Part shown: piece after piece, positions 62,156 through 64,000 of the stretch
Layout of the letters: each line of letters starts with the position of its first letter
How positions within the stretch are numbered: the stretch's first letter is position 1
Origin: Malacoraja senta
Taxonomy: Eukaryota
NCBI GenBank assembly: GCA_038087875.1
Contig: CM075998.1
Span: 4,528,001 to 4,592,000, forward strand
Length of the DNA: 64,000 nt
Reading direction: 5' to 3'
The notes under the pieces: generated by a model
What the model was told of the DNA's origin: nothing
The model's input: the letters and a program-made list of their open reading frames with translations, nothing else
The model's database searches: none
Translations under genes and position numbers: made by a program

Positions 62156-64000
62156 GTAGTTGGGGATTAAAAAGTCAGCAATTGCTGAGATTCAGACACA
62201 CAATAAACAATGCAAGTCCCTACAGCTGAGACACCTGTTGAAATATGGAAAATTTCCTGGGGTTATCACCCACACCCTAATGTAAATGCTGCTTGATTGA
62301 TGAGTTTTTTCTACAGTTTTTTGTTAAAGCTTTCTATTCATATTTCTGAAATATATAACAGAATGTTGTTTGACCCTAGCAGGAATGAAATAGCTAATAC
62401 TGACTCATTCTGAGTAAACAATCTGTATTCATGGTGTCAAAATGCATAACAATAAATGTAAAGTACCAAACATACAAAGGTCATAGTTATTTATATCGCT
62501 TACACGATGAGTGTAGGCAGCATGGATGTGTCTAGGTGGGTTACCCTATCTGATTGCCTTGACTCAATGGTTACCTCTACCATAATTTATTTGCGCTCCA
62601 ATTTCCCCTCTCCCTTTCTTATTTTCTGATTTGTTTTAGTGGGACATGATTCAACAGGGGGAAAGTATTTATTTAACTGCCTTATCACAGTAGCCAGCCT
62701 TCACATGGACCCTAGATAATGAGTATTGGTACATTATTTGAGAAGTGGTAACTTTGATCTTGGTGTGCCTGACATGCATCACTGGAAAGGAATTGGGAAT
62801 AGAGACCATGGATAATTTTTTTGAAATGTTCCCCTTCATAGCCCTTTTTAAATAACTTCTTTAGAAAGTATCTTGTCATACCCTTGGGCTATGTATAATT
62901 TGCAAGATTCCTCTCTGTTCTATAATAAGTAAGCTTGTATTCATTGGAATGTCTGGAAATGACATAGATTTAGTTAAATAATTTGTTAACAGCAGTTTAT
63001 AATTAAATTTCTAAAGACCCTGACCCTCTTTATCTGACTTTCTGTAATTTTGAATGGTGAGTGCTGGATGATTTCTTTTCCAGAAGGTTACAAACTAATT
63101 TCTTTGTGACTATCCGTTCTTGAGACTCTTTATCTTTTTCCAATGCTCATCCACTTCTCTTTTTAAAAACTATGCTATTTGGACAATCCATGTTCTGACA
63201 AACATCTCTACATACATTTAAGCAAAGCAATGTTTAGTACTTGAAGATAAAATATAATGAAATTGTTCCTCTGAAATAAAAATGTAAACCAATTCTATTG
63301 AATTTTATTTAGGAGGCAGCTTAAGCTATTTGATTTAATTAAAACTGAGGGAATTACAGGGGGAGGGGGGAAGGGGGGGTGACTGGTGTCTACAGTTATA
63401 GTGTGACCAGGACACCAGCAACATTTGAAAGGTGGGATGGACATATGAGGTTATGGGGAAGTGAAATTGGTGGGTGCCAGGTTGCCTTTTGAGTAGAAAG
63501 CAACATTCAGGGGTGTTGAGCCTGGGATTTCTCTGATTTTGTGGGGTGGAAGATCAAAGATAGGGGAAAGGTCTGTGTATGCTTGGTTGAGGGAGGGTCT
63601 ATGAGATAAAGTGAGATTCAAGGATAAAGGTGACTAGTAGACAGAGCTGGTGGCAACCCACTTTGGCACAGTGCTGGGAAAACAAGGTTGTCCAAAAAAA
63701 ATAGGATTGCATGGGGATGACACAAGTCCATGTGTTCCTGACACAGAAATCCCATCATGGGCTTAGGGGTCACTCACCTTCAAAGAGGCCTGGTCTGCTT
63801 TCCAACATAAAATGATGCAGAAATGTTCACTCCAGTAAATAAATTAGATTTTCAATTGCATAATGTTGCAAAATATGTTTTGCCTCCTTGTTGCAGCATG
63901 GATTAAAGAAAGGAGCTTGAAATGGGTATTTTTAATACACACTTTCATAGAGTGATACAGCATGATGCTTTCATAGAACATTGAAAAGTGCAGCATGGGA

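Overview
Vertebrate, very probably cartilaginous-fish (shark/skate/ray), genomic DNA; the assignment is inferred from HE1-like V-SINEs, a DeuSINE and abundant CR1 LINEs. The window is dominated by interspersed repeats and contains one 200-N assembly gap. No intact host protein-coding gene can be recognised, and the long ORFs are retrotransposon remnants (CR1 RT, Rex1/Babar, L1, Penelope GIY-YIG). There are two CpG-rich promoter-like regions, each followed by a + strand splice donor (~22.0-22.7 kb and ~37.3-38.1 kb), so much of the right two-thirds is probably intron of an unidentified gene. Most notable: (1) roughly 20 Penelope-like-element termini, many carrying a minimal hammerhead-ribozyme core (CTGAAGA-A-GGGT/CTCG/ACCC-GAAA-CG-TC), found as solo ~100-bp insertions with 14-15-bp target duplications, as inverted pairs and as a tandem pair; (2) two non-autonomous copies of one TAG...CTA DNA transposon (7-bp TSD, hATw-like) that keep complementary ORF ends, one resembling a Spindlin (Spin/Ssty) Tudor-like domain; (3) seven same-strand CCAAT boxes phased at about 32 bp; (4) three GC-rich non-coding retroelements sharing a conserved hairpin. 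All calls are by eye, and repeat boundaries are approximate unless a TSD or TIR is quoted.
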